Source: Actinomycetota bacterium (GTDB taxonomy: Bacteria > Actinomycetota > AC-67). From it: 64,000 nt of DNA. The notes beneath the pieces are model-generated. The model did no database searches, was not told the origin of the DNA, and saw only the letters and a program-made list of their open reading frames with translations. The stretch is from positions 11,148 to 75,147 of the forward strand of contig DASWIP010000012.1 in NCBI GenBank assembly GCA_036397635.1. Direction: 5' to 3'. Made by a program: the position numbers and the translations under genes. How positions within the stretch are numbered: the stretch's first letter is position 1; every line of letters begins with the position of its first letter. Below are positions 27,553 through 38,555 of the stretch, in pieces.

Positions 27553-28161
27553 TCAGAACAGGCCGAGCTGCTCGGCATCGGGGTCGGGCGGCGATCCCCT
27601 GACCTCTTCGAGCAGCTTCGCGAGCAGCCGGAAGTCGTCCTCCATCTGGCTCATCGCCGCCGACTGCCGCCCACCGTGCAGGATCGCGGCCGGATGGAAC
27701 GTCGGGATCAGAACCCGTCCCCGATAGCTGAAGCGTTGCCCGCGCACGCGTGAGATGCCAACCTGCTTGCCCAGCAAGAACCGGGTCGCGAAGTTGCCGA
27801 GCGAGCAGATCACCTTCGGGTCCACGAGGTCGATCTGCTCGAGCAGCCACGGCGTGCACGCCTCGATCTCGTCGGGCTGCGGGTCCCGGTTCCCCGGGGG
27901 GCGGCATTTGAGCACGTTGCACACGTAGACCTGCTCGCGGGCCAGGCCGATGCTTTCCAGCAGCCCGTTGAGCAGCCCCCCGGCCGCGCCCACGAACGGG
28001 AGGCCTTGCCGGTCCTCGTGGAATCCCGGCGCCTCGCCGATGAACATCAGGTCGGCATTCGGATGACCCGATGCGTACACGACCTGCGTGCGCCCCTGCG
28101 CGAGCGCGCACCGCGTGCACGTCGCAGCCTCGCGCGCTGCCTCGTCGAGCGTGCGCGTCAT
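27553..28161 (-). CDS. Uracil-DNA glycosylase, family 4
   Basis: GEAPG..., CxxC ...TCTRCAL and HPAAIL motifs. ATG at 28161 with SD GGGAG. The track ORF has a 26-aa upstream extension. Confidence 0.85.
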   Translation of the reverse strand: MTRTLDEAAREAATCTRCALAQGRTQVVYASGHPNADLMFIGEAPGFHEDRQGLPFVGAAGGLLNGLLESIGLAREQVYVCNVLKCRPPGNRDPQPDEIEACTPWLLEQIDLVDPKVICSLGNFATRFLLGKQVGISRVRGQRFSYRGRVLIPTFHPAAILHGGRQSAAMSQMEDDFRLLAKLLEEVRGSPPDPDAEQLGLF

Positions 28162-28171
28162 CTCTCCCCCC

Positions 28172-29089
28172 TCACCGGGTGCCTCTCGCAGGCACCCCGT
28201 CGGCATCGGTCGCTGCTCGCACCCCGCGCCGCACCGCATCCGCGAGCGCGTCGGCGGCGAGCCGCCCTACCAGCTCAACCGGGGAAGGAAGCGTTCGCGT
28301 CGAGACCGCGAACACGGCGTCACCGTCGAACATCGTATGCACTGGGACGATCGCGCGCGCAAGGCCGGTCCCGGCCATGTGCGCGAGCCGGTACAGCTCT
28401 TCCTTGGTCAGGTCGGCGTTGGTCGCCACGCAGGCGGTGGTGGTCGAGGTGACGTTCTGATCGGGCCGGCCGAACAGCGCCGGGTCGTAGACCGGCTCGG
28501 CGCGCGCCCCGGCGATGATCGTCCCATCGGCGTCGATCACGTCGCCGACGGCGTTGCACACGGCGAGCGCCCCCACCACGACCTCACCGAAGCCGCGCGA
28601 GGCACTGCCGAGGCCGCCGCGGCTCATGTGCTCGAACCCGGCGGACTTGCCGCAGGTGGCGCCCATGGCGGCGCCGACGCTTCCCTCGCGCCGCTCGTCG
28701 TTCGAGGCGGCTTCGCACGCAGCCTCGCCCTGCTCGGGCCCCGGCCGCACCGACGGGTCTCCGATCAGGAAGTCGTAGATCGAGGCGGCCGGCACGATCG
28801 GCACCGGGCCGAACGGTGTCGGCCAGCCGATGCCCTGCTGCTCGAGCCAGCGCATCACCCCGTAGGCTGCCGACAACCCGAACGCCGACCCGCCGGTGAG
28901 CGCGATCGCGTGCACCTCTTGCACGCGCGTGCCCGGCCGCAGCACGTCGGTCTCGTGCGTCGCCGGCGCCCCGCCCAGGATCGCGACCGAGCCGCGCGCG
29001 CCCGGCGGCAGCAGCACCACCGTGCAGCCGGTCAGCGCGACCGGATCGTCCCAGTGACCGACGCGGACGCCGGGCACGTCGACGATCAC
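28172..29089 (-). CDS. P1-family (DmpA/S58) aminopeptidase
   Basis: 305 aa, with VGHWDDPVALTGCTVVLLP, ALTGGSAFGL and ATNADL resembling the DmpA/OAT superfamily. Confidence 0.8.
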   Translation of the reverse strand: MIVDVPGVRVGHWDDPVALTGCTVVLLPPGARGSVAILGGAPATHETDVLRPGTRVQEVHAIALTGGSAFGLSAAYGVMRWLEQQGIGWPTPFGPVPIVPAASIYDFLIGDPSVRPGPEQGEAACEAASNDERREGSVGAAMGATCGKSAGFEHMSRGGLGSASRGFGEVVVGALAVCNAVGDVIDADGTIIAGARAEPVYDPALFGRPDQNVTSTTTACVATNADLTKEELYRLAHMAGTGLARAIVPVHTMFDGDAVFAVSTRTLPSPVELVGRLAADALADAVRRGVRAATDADGVPARGTR

Positions 29090-30123
29090 GACGGGATGAC
29101 CCGGCTGATGAATCGGCGCAGATGATCGGTGACCTGCTCATGCTGCTCGAGCATCGGCATGTGCCCGGCGCCGGGCAGCACGACCAGGTTCCCGTCGGGC
29201 AGCACACGCGCGATGCGCTGCGCGGCATGCGGCGGTGTGAGCCGGTCGTGCATCCCGACCATCACCAGCACCGGCACTTCCAGCGACGCCACGACCTCGG
29301 TGACATCCAGCGCGGCCATGGCCGGAATCAGGTTCAGCCAGGTCTCGGTCGGCGTCTCGGCGAGCAGCTCGTGCACGAAGTCCACCTGTCGCGGTGACGG
29401 GCGCGGCGCGAACCCCATCACGCGCGTCCCCAGGTACTGCAGGTCCGGCGCGCGGTGGCGGAGCCGATCCACGTGATCGCCGCGTCCGGCGAGCGCGCGC
29501 ATCGCCGCTTCCTGCAGACCCTGCATCGTCGCCTCGATGCGACGGGCGAAGCCGGGCAGCATCCCGCCCATCACGTCGGCCGAGGTGGTGTCGATCAGCA
29601 CCAACCCGCGCACACGCTTGGCCATCTCGTCCGGGAACAGCTGCGCGTAACGCAGCAGAGTCATCCCACCCATCGAGTGACCGACCAGCACGACATGCTC
29701 GTCGCGCGCGCATCCACGCACGACCACGTCGAGATCGCGCGCGAGCGCGTCGAGGCTCCACCCGTCTTCGGGCGGCATCCCGCTGCGCCCGTGGCCGCGC
29801 TGGTCGTACAGCACCATGCGCGCGTGTGCCGACAGGTCCTTCATCTGGTGGTGCCACGACGTCAGCGCGAGCGAGAACCCGTGGACCATGAGCACGGTCG
29901 GGCCGGTGCCGATCTCCTCGACGTGCAGCTTGGTCCCGTCGAACGAGGCGAGCGGTCCGAGCGGCTTGCCGGCCAGCAGGCCGTAGGGCTCGTCGCCGAA
30001 CGCGTCGGCGCGCGCGCGATCGCGCTTGACCCACGCCTTCTCGGCCGCGACTGTCGCCGCAACCGCCGCGCCGACGCCCAGCGCGACCCCGCCGGCGACC
30101 CAACCGCGACGACGCTTAGCCAT
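29086..30123 (-). CDS. Alpha/beta-fold hydrolase
   Basis: HGFSLA...GHSMGG nucleophile elbow. N-terminal hydrophobic segment. Confidence 0.8.
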   Translation of the reverse strand: MAKRRRGWVAGGVALGVGAAVAATVAAEKAWVKRDRARADAFGDEPYGLLAGKPLGPLASFDGTKLHVEEIGTGPTVLMVHGFSLALTSWHHQMKDLSAHARMVLYDQRGHGRSGMPPEDGWSLDALARDLDVVVRGCARDEHVVLVGHSMGGMTLLRYAQLFPDEMAKRVRGLVLIDTTSADVMGGMLPGFARRIEATMQGLQEAAMRALAGRGDHVDRLRHRAPDLQYLGTRVMGFAPRPSPRQVDFVHELLAETPTETWLNLIPAMAALDVTEVVASLEVPVLVMVGMHDRLTPPHAAQRIARVLPDGNLVVLPGAGHMPMLEQHEQVTDHLRRFISRVIPS

Positions 30124-31240
30124 CCAGGTACACCCGTGGCAGCCTGGGCGACATGCGCGTCACGATCTCGTAGTTGATGGTGTTCAGCGCGGCGGCGTGC
30201 TCGTCGGCAGTGACGCGCTCGGACTCTTGTGCGCCGATCAGCACGGCCTCGTCTCCGACGGCGCAGCCGTCGTCTCCCAGGTCCACCATGAACGAGTCCA
30301 TGCACACGGTCCCGACGGCAGGATAGCGGCGGCCGCCGATCAGCACCGGCGCGCGGTTCGACAGGCCGCGCGCCCACCCGTCGGCGTAGCCCAGCGGGAT
30401 CGAGGCGATCGTGGCGTCGCGCGTGGCGCGCCATGTGTGACCGTAGGACACCGCCTCGCCGGCGCTCACGCGCGTGACCCGCGCGACGCGCGCGCGCAGT
30501 GTCATCGCCGGATCAAGGTCCACGATGCCGTCGCACTTGGGACCGGGCGAGAGCCCGTACATCGCGATCCCGAGCCTCACGGCGTCGTAGTGGGCGTCCG
30601 GCCGCGTGATCGAGGCAGCCGAGTTCGCAACGTGGCGGAACGCGGGCTCGATCCCGAGCACCGCCAGCCGCTCGCAAGTCTCGTTGAACCGCTGCAACTG
30701 GGTGTCGATGAAAGCGTTGGTCGGATCGTCGGCGAACGCGAAGTGAGTGAAGATCGCCTCGATCTCGACCCGACCCTCCTTCGCGATCGCGGCCGCGAGC
30801 TCCTCGGCGTGACGCCACAGGACGCCCAGCCGGTTCAGGCCGGTGTCGATCTTCAGGTGGACCCGAACGGTGCGCCCCGCGCGCTCGGCGGCTTCCCCGA
30901 TCGAAACGAGTCCCTGCTCGGTGAACACCACCGGCGTGAGATCGTTCGCCAGCGCCTCGTCCAGCCGGTTCGCCGGCGCCTCGTGCAGCAGCAGCACCGG
31001 AGCGTCGATACCGGCTTCCCGCAGCCGTATCCCCTCCTCGACCAGGATCACTCCCAGCCACGTCGCACCCGCTTGCAGCGCCGCGCGCGCGACGGGGACG
31101 GCGCCGTGCCCGTAGCCGTCGGCCTTGACCACGGCCATGATCTGCGTCCCCCTGCTCAGGCGTTCACCGACGCGCGAGACGTTGCGTCGGATCGCGCCGA
31201 GGTCGACCTCGATCCACGCGGGACGAGGCGCGTCAGGCAC
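30116..31240 (-). CDS. alr: Alanine racemase
   Basis: VVKADGYGHG PLP-lysine motif; 374 aa. GTG start. Confidence 0.93.
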   Translation of the reverse strand: MPDAPRPAWIEVDLGAIRRNVSRVGERLSRGTQIMAVVKADGYGHGAVPVARAALQAGATWLGVILVEEGIRLREAGIDAPVLLLHEAPANRLDEALANDLTPVVFTEQGLVSIGEAAERAGRTVRVHLKIDTGLNRLGVLWRHAEELAAAIAKEGRVEIEAIFTHFAFADDPTNAFIDTQLQRFNETCERLAVLGIEPAFRHVANSAASITRPDAHYDAVRLGIAMYGLSPGPKCDGIVDLDPAMTLRARVARVTRVSAGEAVSYGHTWRATRDATIASIPLGYADGWARGLSNRAPVLIGGRRYPAVGTVCMDSFMVDLGDDGCAVGDEAVLIGAQESERVTADEHAAALNTINYEIVTRMSPRLPRVYLDG

Positions 31241-32750
31241 CGGTCATCACCTCTCGCACCGTCGGGCCGATCTCGTAGAGCAGCGTCGAGGCGTTCGCCG
31301 GATGCGGCCACGCACGCGCCGAGATCCGGTCGCCGGCGCGGCCGTGCACCCACACGCCGGCTGCCACCAGCGCCCCGTCGACGCGCTCGCGCCGTTGCGC
31401 GGCAAGCGACCCCAGCAGACCGGTCAACACGTCGCCGGTCCCACCCTGCGCCAGCGCTTCCGATCCGGTCATGTTGACGAGCAGCTCGCCGTCCGGCGAC
31501 GCGATGACGGTTCCCTGGCCCTTGAAGACCACGATCGCGTTTAGACGCTCGGCGGCGGCGCGCGCGGTCCCCAGTCGGTCGGCTTCCAGCTCGCCTGCGG
31601 ACCGGTCGAGCAGCCGCGACAGCTCGCCGGCGTGCGGCGTCACGATGGTCGTCCCGCGCCGTGACGCAAGCTCGTCGACGGCACCGGCGTAGGCGTTCAA
31701 CCCGTCGGCGTCGGCCACCACCGGCAGATCCGTCTCCGCGAGCAGCGCGCGCACGGCCTCGACGGTCGCGGGATGCGTCGTCAGCCCCGGCCCGAGCGCG
31801 ATCGCGTGGAACTCTCCCAGCCGAGGCCGCAGCAGATCCAGCGCCTTCGGGTCCAGGGTGCCTTCGGCGCTCTCCGGCGCGGGGATCGTGGTCATCTCGG
31901 GGATGCGCGCGAGCACCACCCGGCACACATCCTCCGGCGCGAGCAGCGTCGTCAGCCCAGCACCGGCGTGGATCGCTGCGCCGCAGACCAAACCGGCCGC
32001 ACCCGGCATCGCGCGCGAGCCGGCGACGACCAGCAATGTGCCGACGCGACGCTTGTTCGTGCCGAGCGCGCGCACCGGAAGCTGCTCGCGAACATCGGCG
32101 GCGGCGAGTGCGCGCGCGGTCGCCTCGAGGCCCGGCGGCAGACCGATGTCGGCGACCTCGACGTGGCCGGCGTACGCGGCGCCGGGCATGAACAGCAGAC
32201 CCGGCTTCTGGCCTCCGAAGGTCACCGTCGCATCGGCTTCGACCGCGAGACCCGGGATCGCGCCGGTGTCGGCGTCGATGCCGCTGGGCACATCCACCGC
32301 CAGGATCGGCGCGTCCGAGTCGTTCAAAGCCTGGATCGCCGCGGCGGCCGGACCCTCGGGCGCGCGCGTCAGCCCGACCCCGAAGATGGCGTCGATCACC
32401 AGATCGGCGTCGCGCAGCGCGCGCGCCAGATCCGCGGCGGGTCGAACAGGCCCGCGGAAGCGCGCGCGCTGCTCGCCCGGCAAGCCCGAGAGGTCGTCCC
32501 ATAACAGCACCGCGGTCGCATGCGCGCCCCAGCGGTGCAGGACGCGTGCCGCCACCAGCCCGTCGCCGCCGTTGTTGCCCTTGCCACAGACGACGACGAC
32601 TCGACGGCCGTAGCACCCGCCGAGCAGCGCGCGCGCAGCGCGCGCGACCGCGAACCCGGCGTTCTCCATGAGCTGCTCGACCGGAACACCGCGCGCCTCC
32701 GCCTGGGCGTCTTGACGCTTCACGTCCGTTGCCAGCAGGACGTCGAGCAT
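31233..32750 (-). CDS. nnr: Bifunctional NAD(P)H-hydrate epimerase/ADP-dependent dehydratase (YjeF N- and C-domains)
   Basis: VVVVCGKGNNGGDGLVAARVL (N-domain) and GTGDVLTGLLGSL (C-domain). Confidence 0.9.
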   Translation of the reverse strand: MLDVLLATDVKRQDAQAEARGVPVEQLMENAGFAVARAARALLGGCYGRRVVVVCGKGNNGGDGLVAARVLHRWGAHATAVLLWDDLSGLPGEQRARFRGPVRPAADLARALRDADLVIDAIFGVGLTRAPEGPAAAAIQALNDSDAPILAVDVPSGIDADTGAIPGLAVEADATVTFGGQKPGLLFMPGAAYAGHVEVADIGLPPGLEATARALAAADVREQLPVRALGTNKRRVGTLLVVAGSRAMPGAAGLVCGAAIHAGAGLTTLLAPEDVCRVVLARIPEMTTIPAPESAEGTLDPKALDLLRPRLGEFHAIALGPGLTTHPATVEAVRALLAETDLPVVADADGLNAYAGAVDELASRRGTTIVTPHAGELSRLLDRSAGELEADRLGTARAAAERLNAIVVFKGQGTVIASPDGELLVNMTGSEALAQGGTGDVLTGLLGSLAAQRRERVDGALVAAGVWVHGRAGDRISARAWPHPANASTLLYEIGPTVREVMTGA

Positions 32751-34580
32751 CTACTCGACCGTGACGCTCTTGGCGAGGTTGCGCGGCTGGTCCACGTCGC
32801 AGCCCCGCAAGGTCGCCACCTCGTAGGCGAGCAGCTGCAGCGGCACCGTGACCAGCGCCGCGGAGAGCAGCTCCTCGGTCTTGGGCACCTCGAGCACGCG
32901 GTCGGCGTGCCGCGCGACCTCGTCCCGATCGCCCTCCGAGCAGATCGCGATCACGAACGCGCCGCGCGCCTTGACCTCCTGGATATTCGAGATCGTCTTC
33001 GGATACACGTGCCCCCGGGTCGCGACCACGACCACCGGCACGCCTGCCTCGAGGAGCGCGATCGGCCCGTGCTTCATCTCCCCCGACGCGAAGCCCTCCG
33101 CGTGAAGGTACGAGATCTCCTTGAGCTTCAACGCCCCTTCCAGCGCGACCGGGTAGCCGACCTGCCGCCCCATGAACAGCACGGTCGGCTTGTCGACGAT
33201 CTCGCGCGCGATCGCCTGCACGTCCTCACGCAACGTCAGGGTCTGCTCGAGCAGCTCGGGCAGTCGGTGCAGCTCGCGGACGATGCGCGAGATCTCTGCC
33301 GGCCACATCGTGCCGCGCACCTGCGCCAGGTACAGCGCGAGCAGCTTCATCCCAACGAGTTGCGTCGCGAAGGTCTTGGTCGCCGCGACCCCGACCTCGG
33401 GCTCAGCGTGCGTGTACAGGACGCCGTCGGCTTCCCGCGCGATGCTCGAGCCAACCACGTTGCACACCGCGATCAGCTTGGCGTGCTGCCGCTTGGCGAA
33501 CCGCACCGCCTCGAGCGTGTCGATGCTCTCTCCGGATTGCGAGATGCCGATCACCAGCGTCGCGCGGTCCAGCACCGGATCCCGGTACCGGAACTCGCTG
33601 GCGACGTCGATCTCCACCGGCACGCGCGTCCAGTGCTCGATCGCGTACTTCGCGATCAGGCCTGCGTGATAGCTCGTCCCGCACGCCACCACGAAGACCT
33701 TGTCGACCTGGCGAAGCTCCTGCTCGTCCATCCTCAGCTCGTCGAGCATCAGGTGGCCGTCGGATGTCGAGCGTCCGCGCAGGGTGTTGGACACGGCCGC
33801 GGGCTGCTCGTAGATCTCCTTGAGCATGTAGGTGTCGAAACCGGCCTTCTCGGCGGCGGCGACGTCCCAGTCCACGTGGATCGCCGTTCCCTCGGCAGGC
33901 TCGCCGGAGAGGGTGGTGATCTGGAAGCCGTCGCGGCGGATCTCGACCACCTGGTCGTCGAGCACGTGCACCATGTCCCGCGTGTGCGGCAGCAACGCGG
34001 TCGGATCCGATGCGAGGAACGTCGCCTCGTCGTTGCGTCCCACGATCAACGGGCTGGTCCGCTTCGCCGCCACGATCACCCCCGGCGAGTCGGCCGCGAC
34101 CACCGCGATAGAGAATGCGCCCTCGACCTTGGCCAGGGCAGCGCGCACGGCGCCGGTGAGGTCGCCCTCGTAGTGCGACTCGATCAGGTGCGCGAGCGTC
34201 TCGGTGTCCGTCTCACTCGCGAAGATGTGTCCCTCGATCTCCAGCGCACCCCGCAGCTCGAGGTAGTTCTCGACGATGCCGTTGTGGATCACCGCGATCG
34301 TGCCGCGGCAATCCGAGTGGGGATGCGCGTTCGCATCGGTCGGGCCACCGTGGGTCGCCCACCGCGTGTGCCCGATGCCGCTCGAGCCGGGCAGGTCGAG
34401 CGCGCCCACCTCTTTCTCGAGCACCTCGAGCTTCCCCGCCTTGCGCGCGATGCTGATGGTCCCGCCGTCGACCACCGCGACGCCGGCGGAATCGTAGCCC
34501 CGGTATTCGAGACGGCGAAGCCCATCGATCAGGATCTGGAGAGCAGGTTGGTCGCCGACGACGCCGATGATGCCGCACAT
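32751..34580 (-). CDS. glmS: Glutamine--fructose-6-phosphate aminotransferase
   Basis: MCGIIGVVG N-terminal nucleophile; two SIS domains; 609 aa. Confidence 0.96.
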   Translation of the reverse strand: MCGIIGVVGDQPALQILIDGLRRLEYRGYDSAGVAVVDGGTISIARKAGKLEVLEKEVGALDLPGSSGIGHTRWATHGGPTDANAHPHSDCRGTIAVIHNGIVENYLELRGALEIEGHIFASETDTETLAHLIESHYEGDLTGAVRAALAKVEGAFSIAVVAADSPGVIVAAKRTSPLIVGRNDEATFLASDPTALLPHTRDMVHVLDDQVVEIRRDGFQITTLSGEPAEGTAIHVDWDVAAAEKAGFDTYMLKEIYEQPAAVSNTLRGRSTSDGHLMLDELRMDEQELRQVDKVFVVACGTSYHAGLIAKYAIEHWTRVPVEIDVASEFRYRDPVLDRATLVIGISQSGESIDTLEAVRFAKRQHAKLIAVCNVVGSSIAREADGVLYTHAEPEVGVAATKTFATQLVGMKLLALYLAQVRGTMWPAEISRIVRELHRLPELLEQTLTLREDVQAIAREIVDKPTVLFMGRQVGYPVALEGALKLKEISYLHAEGFASGEMKHGPIALLEAGVPVVVVATRGHVYPKTISNIQEVKARGAFVIAICSEGDRDEVARHADRVLEVPKTEELLSAALVTVPLQLLAYEVATLRGCDVDQPRNLAKSVTVE

Positions 34581-34636
34581 GTCGCCAGTCTATCCGCCGA
34601 GCCCGGGACACAGGCCCGAGCGGGCATCAGCACTGC

Positions 34637-35950
34637 TCAGGCGAGCGTGCGCTCGATGACGCCGGCCACACGCTCGGCCGCCGCGCGCGCGAGATCCGCC
34701 GAGGTCGCCTCGACCATCACGCGGACGACCGGCTCGGTCCCCGACGCGCGCACTAGCACCCGGCCATCCTCGTCCAATTCGCCGGCGACCAGACGAACCT
34801 CGTCCCAGATCGGCTGCGCCTCGGGCAGACCGTCGCGGTCCTTGACCCGGACGTTGAGCAGCACCTGCGGGAACCGGGGGACCGCCTTCGCGAGGTCGTG
34901 GAGTCCCCGGCCGCTCCGCACGATCACGTCGAGCAGCCGCAGCGCGGTCAGGATGCCGTCGCCGGTCGTGTGGCGATCGAGGAACATGATATGGCCGGAC
35001 TGCTCGCCGCCCATGACGATCCCCTGCTCGAGCATCGCGGCGAGAACATTGCGGTCGCCGACCTTGGTCTCAACCACGCGGATGTGCTCGCGTTCCATGG
35101 CCCGCCGGAACCCAAGGTTGGCCATCACGGTCGTAACGACCGCATCGGCCGGCAGACGGCCGCGTGCGCGTGCGTCGATCGCGCAGATGCCCAAGATCTG
35201 ATCGCCGTCCACCAGCTCACCGTGCTCATCGACGGCGATGAATCGGTCGGCGTCGCCGTCGTGGGCGATGCCGAGGTGGGCGCCGTGCTCGCGGACCATG
35301 CGCTGCAGGTGCTCGGGATGCGTCGAACCGCACCCATCGTTGATGTTGGTGCCGTCGGGATCGGCGAACAGCACCGAGACGTCTGCCCCTGCGCGGCGGT
35401 AGACCTCGGGCGCAACCAGCGACGCCGCGCCGTTGGCGCAGTCCACGACCACGCGCAGCCCCGCGAGCGAGGGCTCCCCCTCCAGCAGGAAGTCCTCGTA
35501 GCGCTCGTCGGCATCCTCAAGCTCTGCCACCTCGCCGTCGGCGATCTTGACCGGCGCCAGCTCTTCCTCGATCTGGTCCTCGATCGCATCCGCGAGCTTC
35601 ATGCCGTCGTGGCCGAAGAACTTGATGCCGTTGTCGCGCGCAGGGTTGTGCGACGCGCTGATAACCGCGCCCGCCGCCGCGCCGGTGACGCGGACCAGAT
35701 GCGCGACCCCAGCCGACGGCATCACGCCGACCGAGAGCGCCTCGGCACCGGCCACCGCGATCCCGGCTGCGAGCGCGCGCTCGAGCGCAGGCCCAGAGGC
35801 GCGCGTATCGCGTCCGATCAGGATGCGGGGCGAGTCATGCTCGGCGCCGAGCACGCGCGCAGCCGCCGCGCCGAGAGAGCGCGCGAGATCGTCGGTGAGT
35901 GTCTCGCCGTAGGTGCCGCGGACGCCGTCGGTGCCGAAGAGACGGCCCAT
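34637..35950 (-). CDS. glmM: Phosphoglucosamine mutase
   Basis: MGRLFGTDGVRG...SASHNPARDNGIKFF active-site Ser motif. Confidence 0.95.
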   Translation of the reverse strand: MGRLFGTDGVRGTYGETLTDDLARSLGAAAARVLGAEHDSPRILIGRDTRASGPALERALAAGIAVAGAEALSVGVMPSAGVAHLVRVTGAAAGAVISASHNPARDNGIKFFGHDGMKLADAIEDQIEEELAPVKIADGEVAELEDADERYEDFLLEGEPSLAGLRVVVDCANGAASLVAPEVYRRAGADVSVLFADPDGTNINDGCGSTHPEHLQRMVREHGAHLGIAHDGDADRFIAVDEHGELVDGDQILGICAIDARARGRLPADAVVTTVMANLGFRRAMEREHIRVVETKVGDRNVLAAMLEQGIVMGGEQSGHIMFLDRHTTGDGILTALRLLDVIVRSGRGLHDLAKAVPRFPQVLLNVRVKDRDGLPEAQPIWDEVRLVAGELDEDGRVLVRASGTEPVVRVMVEATSADLARAAAERVAGVIERTLA

Positions 35951-35958
35951 GCGCCCGA

Positions 35959-36360
35959 TCAGCGCTTGGAGTACTGCGGCGCCTTACGGGCCTTCTTGAG
36001 CCCGTACTTGCGGCGCTCCTTGACGCGCGCGTCCCGCGTCAGCAGACCCTTGCGCTTCAGCTCTCCACGAAGGGTTGGATCGATCTCGCAGAGCGCGCGC
36101 GCGATGCCGTGACGCAGCGCACCCGCCTGACCGGTCATCCCCCCGCCGTCGATGATCGCTGCGATGTCATAGCGGTCCATGGTGTTGGTCGCGCGCAACG
36201 GTTCGGTCACGACCATGCGCAACACCGGCCGCGGGAAATAGTCCTCGAGGGAACGCTCGCCGTTGATGAAGAACCGGCCGCTGCCGGGGGCGACGCGGAC
36301 GCGCGCGACCGCTTCCTTGCGTCGCCCGGTCGCGCGGGCCATCTCCTGGATCGTGGGCAC
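35959..36360 (-). CDS. rpsI: 30S ribosomal protein S9
   Basis: ...[12 protein letters not shown]...[12 protein letters not shown]. The start is either GTG at 36360 (GGAGG 10 nt upstream) or ATG at 36342. The track ORF is over-extended to 36759. Confidence 0.88.
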   Translation of the reverse strand: MPTIQEMARATGRRKEAVARVRVAPGSGRFFINGERSLEDYFPRPVLRMVVTEPLRATNTMDRYDIAAIIDGGGMTGQAGALRHGIARALCEIDPTLRGELKRKGLLTRDARVKERRKYGLKKARKAPQYSKR

Positions 36361-36803
36361 TAGCGTTGCACCTCCGGCGGAGCGTAGGGCTCGGGCTTCT
36401 GGGCGTCGTGCGGGTGCTCGGCACCGGCGTAGACGTGGAGCTTGTCGGCCATCTGGCGGCCGAGTCTGTTCTTCGGCAGCATCCCCTTGACGGCCAGCTC
36501 GATCGCGCGCTCGGGGCGCGTCTGCATTAGCCGCTCGTAGCTGACCTCCTTGAGGCCACCGGGATGCCCCGAGTGCCGCCGCGCGAACTTCTGCTGCAGC
36601 TTGCGTCCGGTCAGCCGGGTTTTCGCCGCGTTGATGACGACCACGTGATCCCCGGTGTCGATGTGGGGGGCGAACATCGGCTTGTGCTTTCCCCGGAGCA
36701 GACGGGCGACGTCGGCGGCCAGACGACCGAGGACACGGCCGTCTGCATCCAGCACCCACCAGCGGCGCTGCACGTCAGAAGGTTTCGGAGAGTAGGTCTT
36801 CAT
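36360..36803 (-). CDS. rplM: 50S ribosomal protein L13
   Basis: [29 protein letters not shown]... Confidence 0.95.
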   Translation of the reverse strand: MKTYSPKPSDVQRRWWVLDADGRVLGRLAADVARLLRGKHKPMFAPHIDTGDHVVVINAAKTRLTGRKLQQKFARRHSGHPGGLKEVSYERLMQTRPERAIELAVKGMLPKNRLGRQMADKLHVYAGAEHPHDAQKPEPYAPPEVQR

Positions 36804-36839
36804 GAGAATGAAAAGTCGCAGGTCAGCGGCCAGGAAAGG

Positions 36840-37187
36840 CTACCGGTCGAAGGGTTCGGGGTCAACACGCTCGTCCTTCCGAACCGCCCTGCGCCTCGGA
36901 ACCAGCCCCCTGGATTCCAGGGCCACCCCCGCCCGGAAGGAGGCCGCGCTGGCCGCGATCGCCAGGAACAGCTGCACCCAACCCGGCTCGATCAGGTCCC
37001 CGAGCAACCACCAGACCAACATCCCGCCCGCGATCACGTAGCCCACGGTCACGCCGACGAGGATCCGGCGAACCGCACCCGGCGGGGGCGGGCCATGCTC
37101 GCGTCGCAAGCGCGTCGAGCGAACGCCCCAGCGACCCATCAGCGCGAGGGCGACAAGGGCGACCAGGATCCCCAGGAACCGTTCCAC
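36840..37187 (-). CDS. Hypothetical small membrane protein
   Basis: 115-aa ORF with a GTG start and 2-3 hydrophobic segments, 9 nt downstream of truA. Coding status uncertain. Confidence 0.35.
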   Translation of the reverse strand: MERFLGILVALVALALMGRWGVRSTRLRREHGPPPPGAVRRILVGVTVGYVIAGGMLVWWLLGDLIEPGWVQLFLAIAASAASFRAGVALESRGLVPRRRAVRKDERVDPEPFDR

Positions 37188-37196
37188 GATCCGAGC

Positions 37197-37967
37197 CTAT
37201 CGGGTACGCCGACCCGTGGCGGACGCGAACGGGTCTGGGCGGTAGACCACTCGCATCAGGTGCAATCCGCGCGCCGGCGCGACCGGGCCCGCGGCGGCTC
37301 GATCGCGGGCCCCGAGCGCGGCGACCACGTCCTGCGGCGCGCGCTTCCCCCTGCCCACCTCGAGCAGCATCCCCACCATCGAGCGCACCTGCTGATGGCA
37401 GAACGCGTCGGCGACCACCTCGAAGCGGAGGTCGTCTCCCGTGCGGGTGACCCCCACCCGCCGCACGCGCCTGACGAGCGAGCCGTCCCCCCGGCGGCAG
37501 AACGACGAGAAGTCGTGCTCGCCGACGAAAGCGCGCCCCGCGGCGCGCATCGTGGTCAGGGTCAGCCGGGCAGGCTCCCACACCTCGAAACGATCACGGA
37601 AGGGGTCGGGCGCATCGCTCTGGTAAACGCGGTAATCGTACTCGCGCCGCATGGCCGAGAAGCGCGCGTCGAAGCCATCGGGAGCCTCGGCCGCCGCGCG
37701 GATCGCGATCTCGGGGCCGAGCCATCGGTTCAGCCGCGCGCGCACCCACGCTGGATCCGTCCCATCGGGCGCATCGAACGACACCACCTGCCCCGCCGCA
37801 TGCACACCCGCATCCGTCCGTCCCGCGCCGGTGATCCCGATCGGCGCGCGCAGGATCGTCGTCAGTCGCTCCTCCAGCTCCCCCTGCACCGTCCGCACGG
37901 TCGGCCGCTGGCGGGCGAACCCGGAGAAGCCCGTGCCGTCATAAGCGAGCAGCAGCGCGACCTTCAT
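37197..37967 (-). CDS. truA: tRNA pseudouridine(38-40) synthase
   Basis: MKVALLLAYDGTGFSGF...GRTDAGVHA motif. An alternative start 7 codons upstream at 37988. Confidence 0.9.
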   Translation of the reverse strand: MKVALLLAYDGTGFSGFARQRPTVRTVQGELEERLTTILRAPIGITGAGRTDAGVHAAGQVVSFDAPDGTDPAWVRARLNRWLGPEIAIRAAAEAPDGFDARFSAMRREYDYRVYQSDAPDPFRDRFEVWEPARLTLTTMRAAGRAFVGEHDFSSFCRRGDGSLVRRVRRVGVTRTGDDLRFEVVADAFCHQQVRSMVGMLLEVGRGKRAPQDVVAALGARDRAAAGPVAPARGLHLMRVVYRPDPFASATGRRTR

Positions 37968-38166
37968 CCAGACGCTAAGCCTCCGCACCCAAGCGCTCGA
38001 GGGTCATGCGAAGATGGTATCCGTTGGCCATCGCCGGAAGACTCGTTGTCCATGAACCGCTCGAACAACTCCGTGTCGTCCTTGAGCTGGGCGATCCGGG
38101 ATGGCTGGAGCCCCGGCTCCCGCGGCAGCGCCGCTCCGAGTTCGCGACCGGGCCGACCCGAGGGGT

Positions 38167-38553
38167 CTACTCTTCCGACTTTTCCGACGCACCCTCGCCC
38201 TGCTCCACCAGTTCGATGATCGCCATCGGCGCCGAGTCTCCCTTGCGGAAGCCGGCCTTGACGATCCTGGTGTAGCCGCCGGGCCGCGCGGCGAACCGGG
38301 GCCCGATCTCGGCGAAGAGCTTGTGCACGACACCCTTGTCGGTGATCGTGCGCAGGACCTGCCTGCGCGCGGCGAGGTCTCCGCGCTTCGCGTGGGTGAT
38401 CAAGTGCTCTGCGAGCGGGCGCACGGCGCGCGCGCGCGCCACGGTTGTCTTGACGCTGCCCTGGCGGAACAGCGACGCGGCGATCCCGGCGAGCATCAAG
38501 CGCTGATGCTTCGGCCCGGATCCGAGCCGGGGTCCCTTCTTCGGCGTCGGCAT
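38167..38553 (-). CDS. rplQ: 50S ribosomal protein L17
   Basis: [28 protein letters not shown]... Confidence 0.95.
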   Translation of the reverse strand: MPTPKKGPRLGSGPKHQRLMLAGIAASLFRQGSVKTTVARARAVRPLAEHLITHAKRGDLAARRQVLRTITDKGVVHKLFAEIGPRFAARPGGYTRIVKAGFRKGDSAPMAIIELVEQGEGASEKSEE

Positions 38554-38555
38554 CG

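Noticed and set aside
38101-38166. Small GC hairpins (GGAGCC..GGCTCC, GCGGC-AGC-GCCGC) after rplQ as a terminator
   Set aside because: Stems of 5-6 bp with 2-3-nt loops and no U-tract on the transcribed strand. Not convincing.
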